A stretch of 64,000 nt of DNA from assembly GCA_001179505.1 (NCBI GenBank), contig CDMY01000255.1, positions 62,001-126,000 of the forward strand, in the 5' to 3' direction. The notes below the pieces were generated by a model. The model saw only the letters and a list, made by a program, of their open reading frames with translations. It searched no databases and had not been told where the DNA came from. The translations under genes and the position numbers were made by a program. The number at the start of each line of letters is the position of its first letter. Within the stretch, counting starts at the first letter, position 1. Of the stretch, positions 47,188 to 59,478 are shown piece by piece. This DNA comes from Vitrella brassicaformis CCMP3155. Its lineage: Eukaryota > Protista > Chromerida.

Positions 47188-49421
47188 GTATGCAGGACTT
47201 CTTCGTCTGCCCTCTCCTGACCCTCCCCGAGCCGTGCATCACCAGCTACATTGGTCCCTTCCTCGGCACACAGTCCATCGTCGGCAGCCTCTCCCGCACC
47301 CACACATCCCTCCACGCCCTCTCCCACAACCCCGCCATACACACCAACATGCACCTGCAGACGGACGAGTACCCCGGAATCGTGATTACCAAGCAGCAGA
47401 TCGCGGCGTGGGGCACGGCATTGAGCAAGGTCACGCGGGCCACCGTCCTGTGTTGGCCGACTAGTGCGGTGTTGGAGCTGCTGGAGCGCGCGAGCAACGT
47501 TCTGGAAGAGCTCTACGCCTCGGAGCCCTGGGAAACTCCTAGTCACCTCGCCGCGCCACTCGCTGACAGGGGACTGAGAGAAGACAGAATCGTCTTCCCG
47601 AAGCTCATCCGGGCTGAGGTGGCCGGCGAGTGGATTACTGTTGCCCACAGACGCAACTGGGAACCAACGTAAGAATCGAGGACAGCATGGACGCACACTC
47701 CGACCCCACGTTTCTGTCTTGTTCCTTCCATCACTGGCCTTCAGGGCTCCGAAGGACCTCAGTGTTCGCCGCGTGGAGTCATGGTCGCATGTGGTCGGCA
47801 CAGGAGCGTGGTTGGCAGGGCCAGGGCCGCACAGTTTGACCTTGAAGGCGCGCTTTGCACACGGGGTGGAGTTCGACATGGTGCGCAACCTCTTGTGGAC
47901 ACGTTTTAGGTGAGGGGAAGGAAGAATGTATGTGTACTTATCTGTGCCTCTATGCATTCAGGAGACTGGTGGGGGTAGGTGTGGATTTGAAATTGCATCG
48001 ACGTGAGGCGATCAGGAACCCGCCACTGACAGCCGACATGACACTCGCTGGGGTGCCTTACGGAGATCCCAGATCGGCCGATATTCGTCGTCTTTCCGCG
48101 TATGCAAAGACCCCCTTCCAGCAGAGGACAGGAGAGGCCATGCAGCTGGAGGAGCTTGGCGTCGTGGTTAACGAGATCCATGATACAATGCTTGCCGTAA
48201 GCGCGAAACAACGCCAGCACTCTCATAGTCCAAAGACACCAGCACTCTCAAAATGTGCCTTCTGCTGCTGCTGCTGCTGCTGTGTGTCAGGCCGTGCAGG
48301 TGCTCCGGTCCAGGCAGTTGGCGCCTCGTGGGAAGGTCACCTTCGACGTCATGCCAAGCGTCGAATTCCACACCATGGACATCCTACGTTACCTGGAGGC
48401 CGACCCGTCCAGTGCTGACACCCTCACTGAGCTCGCCCTTTGCGTCAAGTCTGTCGCCCTTCCTTCAGGGCTGGCACAAGGCCAGACCGTCTCATCTGCT
48501 GCGCCCTATTGCCTGCCCCAGCTGGTGTTCTCGCGTGCCACCCAGCTAGAGCTGCAGGGGTGCGGGGCTGCCTCTGAGCCACTACCCGCCTATTTTCTAG
48601 AGCACATATGTGATCGCCACTTCCCTCGCATCACCACACTCGACCTGGGAAAGGTAGAGGGGGCCAGAGAGGAGGCAGCCAGGAAGGCCGTAGACCTGCC
48701 GTCGCTCAGAGAGGTGCGTTTTGAGACGAATCGATCGCCGCTGTGCCTGAGAGGGTGCCAGAAGGGGCTCCCTCTTGTCCATGTCAAGGGCTCCTACCGT
48801 GCGAGTGGTGCTGGTGTGTGGTCGCTGTGGGAGGGCGGGGATGAGGGCGCTGAGGACGGGCATCAGCGAGGCCTAGAGAAGCGCATACGCAAGATCACTA
48901 TCACTGTCAGACATCCTGAGGAAGAGCCAGAGGGGGCGCTGCCAGGTGTAGCTCAGGCTATCTTGCCGGTCTGCCTGCGGGCGATCGACAGGTGCCCCTT
49001 CCTCGACTGCATCACTATCTCTCACCCTCATCGCCAGTTAAGCCCACTCGTCCCTGAGTCAGCCAGGAAGGAGCTACAGTCACGCGGCTTTGTGGCAGTG
49101 AGGACACTCAATATCTGGATGCTGTGTCGCGTGCGTGACTGTGTCGCGCACGGGACACAGCGGACAACAGAGGTGTCTGTGTGTGCCGTGTTGATGCCTC
49201 GCATGGCATTGGACGACAGTGTGTCTCTGAAGGAGGAAGGGCTGCTGCAAGTGCATCCACTTGCGGCCCGGTACCTCGAGCCAGAGATGCGAGAGGAGTT
49301 GACAGAATTTGTAAGCGACATATACCGGAATAGATGGAATAGACGAAGATGGTGGCGCAATTTAAGGGACGGGCTGGTGGGGGTGGATGGATTGAGGGAT
49401 GCAGGTTTGGCTGGCCAGTGA
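46580..49421 (+). CDS. hypothetical protein of a lineage-expanded family (coiled coil, F-box-like segment, degenerate LRR-like region)
   Basis: Several exons: DSPVVTLTAIRARVAALQEQLEELHRK, an F-box-like LLTLPEPCITSYIGPFLGTQSIVGSLSRTH, and a long final ORF (48255-49421). The start and internal junctions are approximate. Confidence 0.65.
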
Positions 49422-50242
49422 GACAGACGTCCATGTGTGTATGCATGACATTAATGTCATGAGACACTGCTTTTGTACAGACAGAAATAGTAAAGACGAC
49501 TTTCTGCAATGATGTTCACTGCCCGGCTGCCCCAGCATTTCACAATCAGCCAATACACACATCCGGGTTGCACGAGTTCTCCCCTTTTCTCTCACTTCAG
49601 CCGTCGGACGAACACGCACCTGACACTATCAGTTAAACACCTACATACCTGCCTCGAGTCAGTCCACCTTATGTTCAGTGAGCAGGTGTCCACAACAAAC
49701 ATCCCGTGAGCTGTTTTTTTCCCGCTGTGTTCCATGAGGTGATTGTGTATAGAAGAAGCTGTTGTTCACCATCCATCCATCCATCCATCCATCCGTGTGG
49801 CCGTGTCTGTGTCCCTCCACCACATTGTCTCCGTCTGCCTGTCTGTCTGTCTGTCTGGACGTGGGATCGTATCGGCCGCACCTAGGGCAGACAGTGGACA
49901 TGCTCACATCGAGTGGCTGGCGGCCACTCAGTCAGACGTTAAGACAAGCCAAATATCTCACGAGACACGCAAATATAAAACGTAGGCGGCGATTGATCAA
50001 CGACGACCTGCACACAAAACAGCCACTCAGGGGCTTTCAACCAACACATCCACAAACACACAAGTGAGCCAATTAGGCAGCCCTTCTCCATCCATCCATA
50101 TCCATCCACCACGGCTACACGAACCAGTCCGTTCATCCCCCATCCCTCCCTCCCTCCATCCCTCTGTCCCGCCCTCCCTCGTTTCCATATCTGCACTCCT
50201 CGTCTCTTGTAGCTATCGGCCCACTAGCTCTACGCACGCCAT

Positions 50243-51830
50243 CTACTCCTTCTTTCTGTAGTAAGGCTTGTTGTGTCTCAGGGGCGCCGGAGGCCCCGGG
50301 GCTCGTTGCGCGTTGGAGGGCCGTTGGAGGATCCTGACGGGCCTCGTCTGTCCTGGCACCAGATGGGTGGCCCCGCTTGGCGGCGACGCAGAGAAGGGGT
50401 GCGGCCTCTCCACCCCCGGACCTGCACACACAAAGATGGACAGTCAGTCCTTTCATTCCTGTACTTGTCATCGTCTTTGTCCTTCCTTGAGTCTACCTGC
50501 TGGTCCCGCCGTGCCCCGAGAGCTGCTCGCCCCCATCTGAGTCGACGCCAGGCCACCGTTGGGGTGGACACCTAGGCACACGACAGAATAGCGAGATAGA
50601 TGAGATGCTCTCATGCACCTCTCCGTCACTGTGTACACCTTCTCTGGTGCATACATACCTGCAGTATCTTGTGCCGTGCTGGGTATCTTCTTCTTGGGTT
50701 CGGTCGGCGGCAAAAATATCGGCGGGCGGCCGCTGCTGCTGCTGCTGCTGCCGCTAAACTCCTCTCGACTACCCTGACAGACCGACAGCCCACACACAGA
50801 CACATCGATGATGGACAGACAGATGACTTGCAGCAAGGTACTGTGCGCACGCCTGTGTCCTTTGCTCGCCTGTGGTGCTGCCCTCTGATCCCCCCGGCCC
50901 CCATGCCCGTACCCGCCCCCATAGCCGTGCCCACTCCTAGACACCACAGCCCCATACTGGTGGCCGTGGCTGCGCCCACCCTGCCCGGCCTGGTGGACGA
51001 CCCCTCCGGCAGCTGGTGCAGCAGCAGCGCTGCTCTGGGCGAAGGATAGGTGGTGGCTGTCCGGTGGCGAGGCTGAGGGAGCGGCCAAATTGGGGGCGGC
51101 GCTGCGGCTGTTGAGCGACGCTGAAGGCGGCGGCTGCTGCGACAAGCTTGCGGCTGAAAACCAAACCACTCAGGTCAACCAATGGCACAATAAGTAGGCT
51201 TTTCCTTTCGTCCTCACCATTTCGGCTATCATTGGCTATGGCGGTCGATCGCTTCTGGAGTACGTCACGAATGGCCTTCTTCTTGTTGCCAATGTCGTTC
51301 TTCTTTCGCCGAATGGCGTCCTGCAGTTGACGACGCTCGGCATCCATGCGATTGATCTCGGTCTTGTCGCGCCCAATGCCCTAAGAGAAGAAAGCAGAGC
51401 AGTATGTTGACAAGCCGGGGTGAGCATTTCTTTCGCCGAATGGCGTCCTGCAGTTGACGACGCTCGGCATCCATGCGATTGATCTCGGTCTTATCGCGCC
51501 CAATGCCCTAAGAGAAGAAAGCAGAGCAGTATGTTGACAAGCCGGGGTGAGCATATGTGTGTGTGTGTGTGTGTGTCTGTGTGTGTGTATCGATCGGTTG
51601 ACCTCCGAAGTCTGTGCGCTGTCGGGCAACGGGAGGTCGTACAGGGCATGAGACACCAGAATATAAAATGTAGGCGGCGATCGGCAGCAGCCTGTGTGTA
51701 CAAGAGACACAACAACGTAATTTCCTGACTAAGTGAGTGGTGAGTCTATACGTCTCACCTCTGTCGCCCTGCCTCTCCAGCAACGCTGTGGCACGCCCTC
51801 GCCCGCCATCGTCACCGTTACCACACAATG
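50243..51830 (-). CDS. hypothetical coiled-coil and low-complexity protein
   Basis: Exons GIGRDKTEINRMDAERRQLQDAIRRKKNDIGNKKKAIRDVLQKRS..., then a Gly/His/Ser-rich segment, ending ...PYYRKKE*. The 5' end is unresolved and may join the exons near 52800-53360. Confidence 0.55.
51301..51554. repeat. 127-bp tandem duplication spanning a 3' splice site
   Basis: 51301-51427 and 51428-51554 are identical except for one base (GTCTTGTCGC vs GTCTTATCGC). Confidence 0.95.
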
Positions 51831-52176
51831 CAACGCCATGCAATGCACACGGACGCAACTAGAAAGTCCGCCTATTAAAAACCCCAATCCAATCGGACAC
51901 ACACACGATGCAGGAAAGTCCACCCACCGCTCGACAAATCGGCACGTTAGATAGCCAGAAAAACCAGACGTTATAGAAAGGGTGTAGGTGTGGGTGTGGG
52001 TGTGGGTGTGGGTGTGTGTTTGCGTTGCAAAAGAACACACACACACATCCAACAGACACAGTCCGTCATGTGCGACGTGTAATGCTTATGCATGTGTGGC
52101 ACGGCGGTTACTTACTGAGGTGAAACTACTCTATCCCTTAGTTTCCCCTCCTTGTTGGCCCCCCATTTATATCATT

Positions 52177-52235
52177 CTCTTGTGCCCCCTGTCTGTCTGC
52201 CTCTTGTGCCCCCTGTCTGTCTGCCTCTTGTGCCC
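52177..52235. repeat. 24-bp minisatellite (about 2.5 units)
   Basis: CTCTTGTGCCCCCTGTCTGTCTGC repeated in tandem. Confidence 0.9.
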
Positions 52236-52981
52236 ACGCCACACGCCCATACTGCTCGTGTCGGTGCTCCCCCCAGCCACGCCACGCCACTTAGACAACA
52301 CCCACAGCCCATGTCAAGAAATCATCCACCCAAACAAACGAAACGATACACTTGCGATCGAAGACGAGACCAAACGAACGACAGGCAGACAGAGGAGATC
52401 AGATCAGGCAGACAGGCAGACGGACAGGTCGGCCAGTCCGGGTGGTGCAGGTGTGCGCATTTGCACCCACACCACCCGCCCGTCGCATTACGGGAGCATC
52501 CAGGTAGGAAGATAGAGGCAGACAGGCAGGCACACTGACCAGCCATTGAGTTCCCCGTTACAAAACATTAGAGTTCCCCGGAAAAGAAAAACACCCGTGT
52601 GTGGCATGCATTGGGTGGAAACATGTTGGCTGGGCTGGGCTGGGGGCATACTGATTGATGTGTGTGGCTGGAGGCATGTTAGTGTGTGTTGGGGCATTCA
52701 TCTGGGCTGTTGTCTCCTTGACTTTCGACTCCACCGGGCCGTCGGGTTGTTGGTGTTCGGGTGTGGCGCTGGTTTGCCATCACCCACACGTCCGTCTTCC
52801 ACACGCTCGTCAGATCGCACGACAGGTGCGGGCATCTCGCGGTTGGGGCCACGCCTTGGTCGTGACGGGAGGATTCCCTGCATACACACATATCCGACAT
52901 GACAACAACACATAGAGGGCCGTACGTGCGTCGTGTCACTCGTTCCATTCTCTGTCCCCATCCCTGCTATCCCCTGCTTAC

Positions 52982-53250
52982 CGCATCATTCTCATGTCCA
53001 TGCCAACATCGAGCTCCACACGTAGCGTCAGCAGCGCCCTGGTCTTGCCAAAGCAGGCCTCGTCCACGCGAAAGACGGCCCGCCAGCCGTCCCCCTCCTT
53101 GAACAACTCGAACTCCGACACTATGGCCACCACCGTCTCGAACGGGCCGCTCGAAGCGCTTCGGGTAGACCACAGAGATGTTGATCAGGCTCTTGGTCAG
53201 ATCCGTCAGCGCCACCACCTCGGTCTCGCTGTCGAGGCGGCTCGCTCCAC
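52982..53250 (-). pseudogene. coding-like exon with an apparent single-base frameshift
   Basis: An AG/GT-bounded exon. The GC3-rich frame GASRLDSETEVVALTDLTKSLINISVVYPKRFERP switches at CGG-C-CCG (GGG at 53144-53146 on plus) to the GC3-rich frame FETVVAIVSEFELFKEGDGWRAVFRVDEACFGKTRALLTLRVELDVGMDMRMM. Confidence 0.5.
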
Positions 53251-53501
53251 CTGAGAGGATGTTTAAAGCTTCAGATGCCAGGGTTGGAAAAAGGCATTCG
53301 GACACATTGGGAAGGGGGGAGAAGGGATCGGGCGCACCACAATTCATGAAGGGTCCCGGAGGAGGGAGGCTCAAGCTGAAGTCAGCTTCTCCGGGTCAGG
53401 GGCGGTCATGGCGAGCAGCGGGGCTGCGCGGGCCTCGGGCGGATGGCGCCCGACCGCTTTTGCCGAAGGATGAAAAGAAACGAACGAGATATGAGTGAGA
53501 A

Positions 53502-53828
53502 ATGAGTAGAGGCGGTACGGAAACTGTTTGTTTTCCTTCTGAAAAATCCGTCTCGACGAGACGGCTAGGATGTCGCATCCTCGCGCGATTCTCGCCGTCA
53601 GCTAAGCTCGCATACGGAGCTGTGGGAAACATCAGTCGCGGCGACCCTCGCTATCTGCTGACGACCGAGGCTATTACAGAGGATCAAGGCATCGCTTTCG
53701 ACTTCCTCTGCGACCGGGGCAATCTGAATTCTGCCGTGAGCGGCTTCACCCATCCGCTCGCCCGCCGCTTTCCCAGTTCGCAGCCCCTGTGGCGCCGTGT
53801 CCTGCGGCGATTCAGCAGGGGGAGGTGA
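53502..53828 (+). CDS. short hypothetical ORF
   Basis: Coding-like codon use in LAYGAVGNISRGDPRYLLTTEAITEDQGIAFDFLCDRGNLNSAVSGF. No family recognised. Confidence 0.3.
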   Translation: MSRGGTETVCFPSEKSVSTRRLGCRILARFSPSAKLAYGAVGNISRGDPRYLLTTEAITEDQGIAFDFLCDRGNLNSAVSGFTHPLARRFPSSQPLWRRVLRRFSRGR

Positions 53829-54072
53829 TAGCGTGAGTGCTGGTGGATCGATCGGTGTGGTGTTGCTGCATGTTGACGGGCAGTGCATGTGAGTAGCTGG
53901 CTCATCCATGTGTGGTGGAGCCGGCCCGACTTCGGTAACCTACATGGACCAGGGTATGTGAATGCCGCGTGGATGGAGAGCGCATACACATCCGGTTGAC
54001 GAATGATTGCATCCATGTCTCAAAGGGAGCAGGCCGCAACACATTCAATCAGCATTGCCACAAAAACGCCAC

Positions 54073-56594
54073 TCACTCGTGAGGCCCCTTCTTTGCCTGA
54101 CACAGTTGTGCCAGCCGACTCACTCGCCTCGCCCGCTCATCTCTATCCCCATCGACAGCCCCATCCCCACCCTCCAGCTTCCGCTGCTTCCTCGACGCCC
54201 GTCCTGCGCCGCCCTCCTCGATATCATCGTCTTGTGGCTGGTCTGACGGGCCCTTGGAGCCCACAATCATGACATCGTCATCGTCGTCAGCGTCATTCTC
54301 TCCCGTCTGTCGACCACCAGTGCCATCGTCCTCCTGCCCTTCGTCACTCTCGCGCTTCACGCCCCGCCGCCTGGCCGACACGGGCGGCAGCAGCGGTACC
54401 TCTCGCGGTCCCATTGACGCGCCTCCCTCGTCGCCATCATCCTCTCTCCCCGTGTGTGTCCGCGCGTGCCGCTGCCGCTCGCGCGCCACGTCGAGTGCGT
54501 TGGCATACGCCATGCGCTTGGCGAGATCTTCGAGGGCCGCCTGCCAGTCTGATGGGGGGCTGGTGCTGCCGGCCGATGCTGCAGCTGCTGCAGCGGTGGA
54601 TGGGTGGGGAGGGTGGTGGGAGCCAGGGGCGTTGCGAGTCGCCTGAATGCACGACAGTGAGTGTCAGGATGATGGTCGGCTTGTGCACTGATGGTGTACC
54701 AGGGCCCTGCAGAGAGCTTCTACGCCATCCTCTGCCCTTCTGGTGCTGATGCCGATGTCTGCGGCCTTCTCGTATAGTCTCCTCAGCCGTCCAGCGGTGA
54801 GGGCGACCACCGGTGGCACCGCTTCGAACGACGTGAGGGACCTGACCAACATCAAAGAGACACGATCTGTGTTAGTGTGCGTCGTCATGGCTGCCTGCCT
54901 GGGTGCCGTGTTGTGTTGTGTTGTGTTGTGTTGCAACCTTGTGAATGGCTGCATTGGCGGCAGGGGTGCCTCGCCAGATGTGCGACGCCAAGCGAACACG
55001 GCAACCAGAGGAGAATCTGCGCATGAGCAGGATGACACAGTGACACAGGAAGAACAGGTAGACCATTTCGACGCTCCACCCCCCACCCATCCGCTCACCT
55101 AGGTTTGGAAGGTGTCTGAGTGTTTGTCGTGTGGGTATGTCCCATATCCGCAGCCCATCGCCGGCGCACGACACCAGCCGACTCCCGTCGACATTCACAC
55201 TCACGCCGGCCACCGGACCCCTATAGCCAAGCAACCAACACGTACACTCAGAGATATCGCTTGCCGCATCCATTGCATTCACCATCCCCACTTACTGGTG
55301 TCCGATAAAGCTCCGCTGCCACTCCCCCTTGCCGCTCTCGACGGTCAACAGACCGCTGCCAGGTTTCCGGCGGTCCAGTGGGCCGCCAGCCTGCCTCATT
55401 CTAGACGCCGATAGGGCATAGACTTCACCGTTGGCCGCGCCGCAAAATACATCATCGTTGGCCGGACTCTGCAAGCAAGGGACCAGGGAAAAAGTCGCTG
55501 AGCGATAGCTGGCTGGTGTAGCGGTGTGCTGACCACGGCGAGGGCATTGACGACAGCTGGGAAGAGGATGGCTGCTATGGAGCTCTCTGAGCCCATCGCT
55601 TCGACACGACCGCCTCGCATGTCGCCACCTAATCGCCACAACTGACACACACGCGGACGGAATGTGTTTTCCTGTCGACATGGCGATCTTGCTTCCTGTT
55701 CACCCTGACGGTCCTGTCAGCCGATGCAGATGCGACAAAGCCCTCCAGGCCACCACCAGACACAGACACCTGAATAAGCCAGCCCATCGCACGCTCATCG
55801 GTACGCTTCGAAACCGTAGCAGCTCTTTCCTGGTCTGCTCACTGACGGCAGTGACGGCCTGTGTGTGACTCGTCCATAGCTTGTGCTGTGTCGCGGGATC
55901 ATAGCCCTCGCCCAACGACGCGCCAGCGGCCCGTGTACCCCCGGACGGCTGGAACAACCTGCACGCAGCGACACAAGGCATGTGTGCATCTGCTGTCGCG
56001 CATGGGAGCGCGTGTGCGTACTCAGGGAGCAGGTACACGTGCAGATGGCCGTCACTCGCGGCAGTGATCAGGGCAGCGTCGTCACTCGTCAGCCCAGTAA
56101 ATGTGACGGCGCCCCCATGGCCCCGCCATGCCCGCAACAGACATCCACTGGCCACCTGACACACGCGCACACGTAACATTTCTCCTTGCCGACATCACTC
56201 CCTGACATCCTGTGTACCTGCCAGACGTACATCATGCCCGACTGCGCCCCTGCGAAGCACAGGTGTGCGTCGGCCGAGAACGTGAGGGCCGTCATGACCT
56301 CCGGCAAGCTGATCCGATAGCATGGGGTGTCCCGGGAGAACTGCCACACGTGCAGCAGGGCTTTGCCGGCCTGCGCAGCGGCGAAGTAGCAAGAACTCTG
56401 GCCCACGCGGCTGACACAGCTGCCACGATTGATGGAATCCTGATGCCAAACCACAGATGCAATGGATGGATGGATGAGTGTATTGAAGCAGAGCTTGTGG
56501 TTTTGCCCACCTTGAAGTTTCCGAGGATGGCCCCCGAGTGAATGTCGATTCGGAGAAAGCCGTTGCGGTCCGTGGCCGCCCAGATCTCCTCCAT
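54073..56594 (-). CDS. WDR18: WD40 pre-rRNA processing protein Ipi3/WDR18-like
   Basis: IDIHSGAILGNFK, YFAAAQAGKALLHVWQFSRDTPCYRISLPEVMTALTFSADAHLCFAGAQSGMMYVWQ|VASGCLLRAWRGHGGAVTFTGLTSDDAALITAASDGHLHVY, followed by a C-terminal coiled-coil. Confidence 0.8.
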
Positions 56595-56738
56595 CGCCTC
56601 AGATCAGCGCCTCCAAACAGACCAACTCATCAAAGGCAGGTGAATGACTCGGGATGCGGTAGGGAGGCTCTGGATGGTCTCCCCAAGGACAGACCGGGGG
56701 AGGAACAGAGGGAAAGACGCCGCCATCCTCAATTTCAG

Positions 56739-56760
56739 GCTCGCAAATCGATTTGCGAGC
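56739..56760. promoter_or_regulatory. 22-bp perfect palindrome of the GCTCGCA motif in the WDR18/ERD2 divergent promoter
   Basis: GCTCGCAAATCGATTTGCGAGC is its own reverse complement and lies between two head-to-head start codons. Confidence 0.65.
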
Positions 56761-56844
56761 TTTTTGAAACGTGTGGCCAGAGAATAGAGCTCGAGGGCTG
56801 TCTTGGTTGTGGCTGGATCTGTTGGTCATCAGCGTATTAAGAAG

Positions 56845-58335
56845 ATGGCGATGAGCGTGCAGGAGTTCGCGAACATCGTGACGGACAAGGAGAAGCTGCT
56901 GGCGTGGTTCGAGCGGAACAAGAGCAGCGTCAAGGCCTGGGGAGCCTTCATAGCGGTGGTGTTTGTGCTGTTCTTCCTCTTCTCGGACGGCGACTTCTCG
57001 TTCCTCATGACGCTGTCGTCGCTCATCGGCATGTTCTCCTTCCTCATGGTCGTCTACAAGATAGAGATCAGCAAGTCATGCGCCGGCGTGTCACTCAAGA
57101 TGATTGAATGCTACCTCGTACTCATATTCGCCAGACTCTGCAGCATCATACCGTTCGAAGGGTCAGACAACACACGCCCGGCAACCATGATGCGCATCAC
57201 GCACGCACGAGCGTGTGTGTTTTGGTGTGTGTTTGTGTGTATGTCACTCACCCACACCAGGTATCTGCCGTACGACAGGAGCGGCGACTGGCTGTACCAG
57301 ACGGTGGAGGGCATCTCGTTTTGCCTGGCGGGTTCGATAGTGTACCTGTGTCGGTACCGCTACAAGGACACGTACGACCCATCCGCAGACACACTCAACC
57401 ACCTCTTCCTCATCATTCCCTCCGCCGCACTCGCACTCCTCTTCCATCCATCACTCAACGCATTCATGCCCGCTGATGTAAGCAAGACGGCCAGCCAGCC
57501 AGTCAGACAGCCATGACGGATGGGATGGATGGATAGACGAAGATCGGTGGTTTGGTTGGCTATGTGTGTTGATAGGTGTCATGGACATTTGCGCTGTATC
57601 TCGAGTCGGTGTGCGTCCTGCCGCAGCTCTTCATGTTCCAAAAAGAGGTGGGGACCCACCCCAGCCACCTCTACATACGACACGACACACACACTTGTGT
57701 GGATGGCATGGGTGTGGCTGTTCAGGGCAAGGTTGAGCCCTTCACGACCCACTTCCTCGCGGGACAGGCGCTGTCAAAGGTGCGCCACCCAGACAAGACG
57801 CAGCCACCATGCACGTCTGGATGCATGTGTGTCCGTCCGTATGTGTGTTGCCATGCCCATCAGGTGCTGTCGTTCATTTTCTGGATATCATCCTACTCAG
57901 AGCTCAACGACCCCACCAAGACGGTCGGTACTGCACTGCGCCCACAGACAGATCGTTCATCGTGTGTATGCGCTGACTGTGCTGTGCTGTGCTGTGCTGT
58001 GCCTGTGTATTCCTCCGCAGCTCAAGTCATTCGTGGGCGTCTGGGTCATCGTCATGCAAGTAAGGAAGGAAGCAGAGAGAGGGAGGAGGCGGTCACAAGC
58101 GAGCTGATCACGCATATCGATGGCGTGGCGTGTTTCCCGTGCTGCAGATTGTCCAGCTGATAGTGATGGGCGACTTCATCTACCACTACATAAGATGGTA
58201 CGTCAATACAGAAGATACACACGCACACATTCCCATCGTCCGTCTATCTACACACATGTCCTGGTCTTCTTTTTCCCCCTCCTCAGTTTGAGCAAGGGCG
58301 TGCCGGTGCAGTTCATCCTCACAGAAGACGTGTGA
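56845..58335 (+). CDS. ERD2: ER lumen protein-retaining receptor (ERD2/KDEL receptor family, ERD2-related type)
   Basis: SCAGVSLK, RLCS...EG|YLPYDRSGDWLYQ, YKDTYD, IIPSAALALLFHP, WTFALYLESVCVLPQLFMFQ, VEPFTTHF and VQLIVMGDFIYHY. Confidence 0.93.
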
Positions 58336-59478
58336 GCTCCCCTCCCCACACACCACCACGCCACACCGGCCACACCAGAGGAGCAGCGCGGCGGACGACA
58401 GGCGTGTTGGACAGTGACGCGACACAATGCCATGCGACATGTGGTGTGCGCCGGTGTGGTGTGGTGTCGTGTGCGTCCCACCTGAGCTCTCCCCCTCCCT
58501 CTTCCTCTCTCCCCTCCTTCCTCTCTCCTTCGTCGTGTAAAGAGAATTTTCACCGTCTTTTTGTCTGCCTGCCTGACGCTCACTTGACTCATCCCCAGCT
58601 ATCTAGCTAGCGTCATCTACCCCCCATGTGACACGATGGATGTCAGGTTGTGTGTGCTGCCTGCCTGCCTGTTTGTATGTATACGACGGAAGGTATGAGT
58701 ATTGTATCGGTTGGCCATTGGCGGAGAGTACGTGGTCGAGGCTCGGTCGGCTTTGCTGATAAGTGCTGCTGCCTTTTGTTGGTCATGCGCTGCATCTCGT
58801 TCACGTCGTGTTGGGTGATCTTCGATCGCACCCCATTGACCATGGGATGGATTCGGTTGAACGTCACCTGGAGCGACAGAGACGGGATGGAGGACAGGGC
58901 CATTAGTTAAGGCATCCATACACGCAGCCGCCGAGCATCGCATGCATTGCATCGCACACCTTAATGGAAGAAGCAGTCTCTACCTACCTCTCTCTTTCCA
59001 TGTATATCAGTGACTCTCCGTACTGGCCGGTTGGCTGACAGACAGACGCGTGAATTTTAAAGGGCTGGATGGAGGACGGACGGACGGACTGATGGGTTGT
59101 GCAGACACCACAGCCCCCACCCCACCCCACCCCACACACACGTACAAATCCACACACACTACTTACTGACTGACTGCGTATGTTATGTATCCTCCCTCCT
59201 CTATCTGTCTGAGACGCTTTCGTAGATATCTGCATGGCGTGGTGACGGTCATTGCAATGCTATCTATCCCCCTGTATGTGTGTGTGCGTGTGATGCGAAC
59301 TGCATGCCCGGATGGATGAATTAATCTGATCATGTGTGTTTTGAGATTTTGTCCAGAATTGACACGCGCGCGACGTATCCACATCACACACGCACACGTA
59401 CACAACACAACAATGTTCTCCCATCTACTTGCTTCAACAGCGTCTCCCGACAAACGAGCAAACCAATCAGTCAGTCAG

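Noticed and set aside
53370-53410. Short ORF MTAPDPEKLTSA ending GCU-UGA as an antizyme-like +1 frameshift site
   Set aside because: The +1 frame gives a non-coding-like peptide that stops early, and there is no antizyme similarity.
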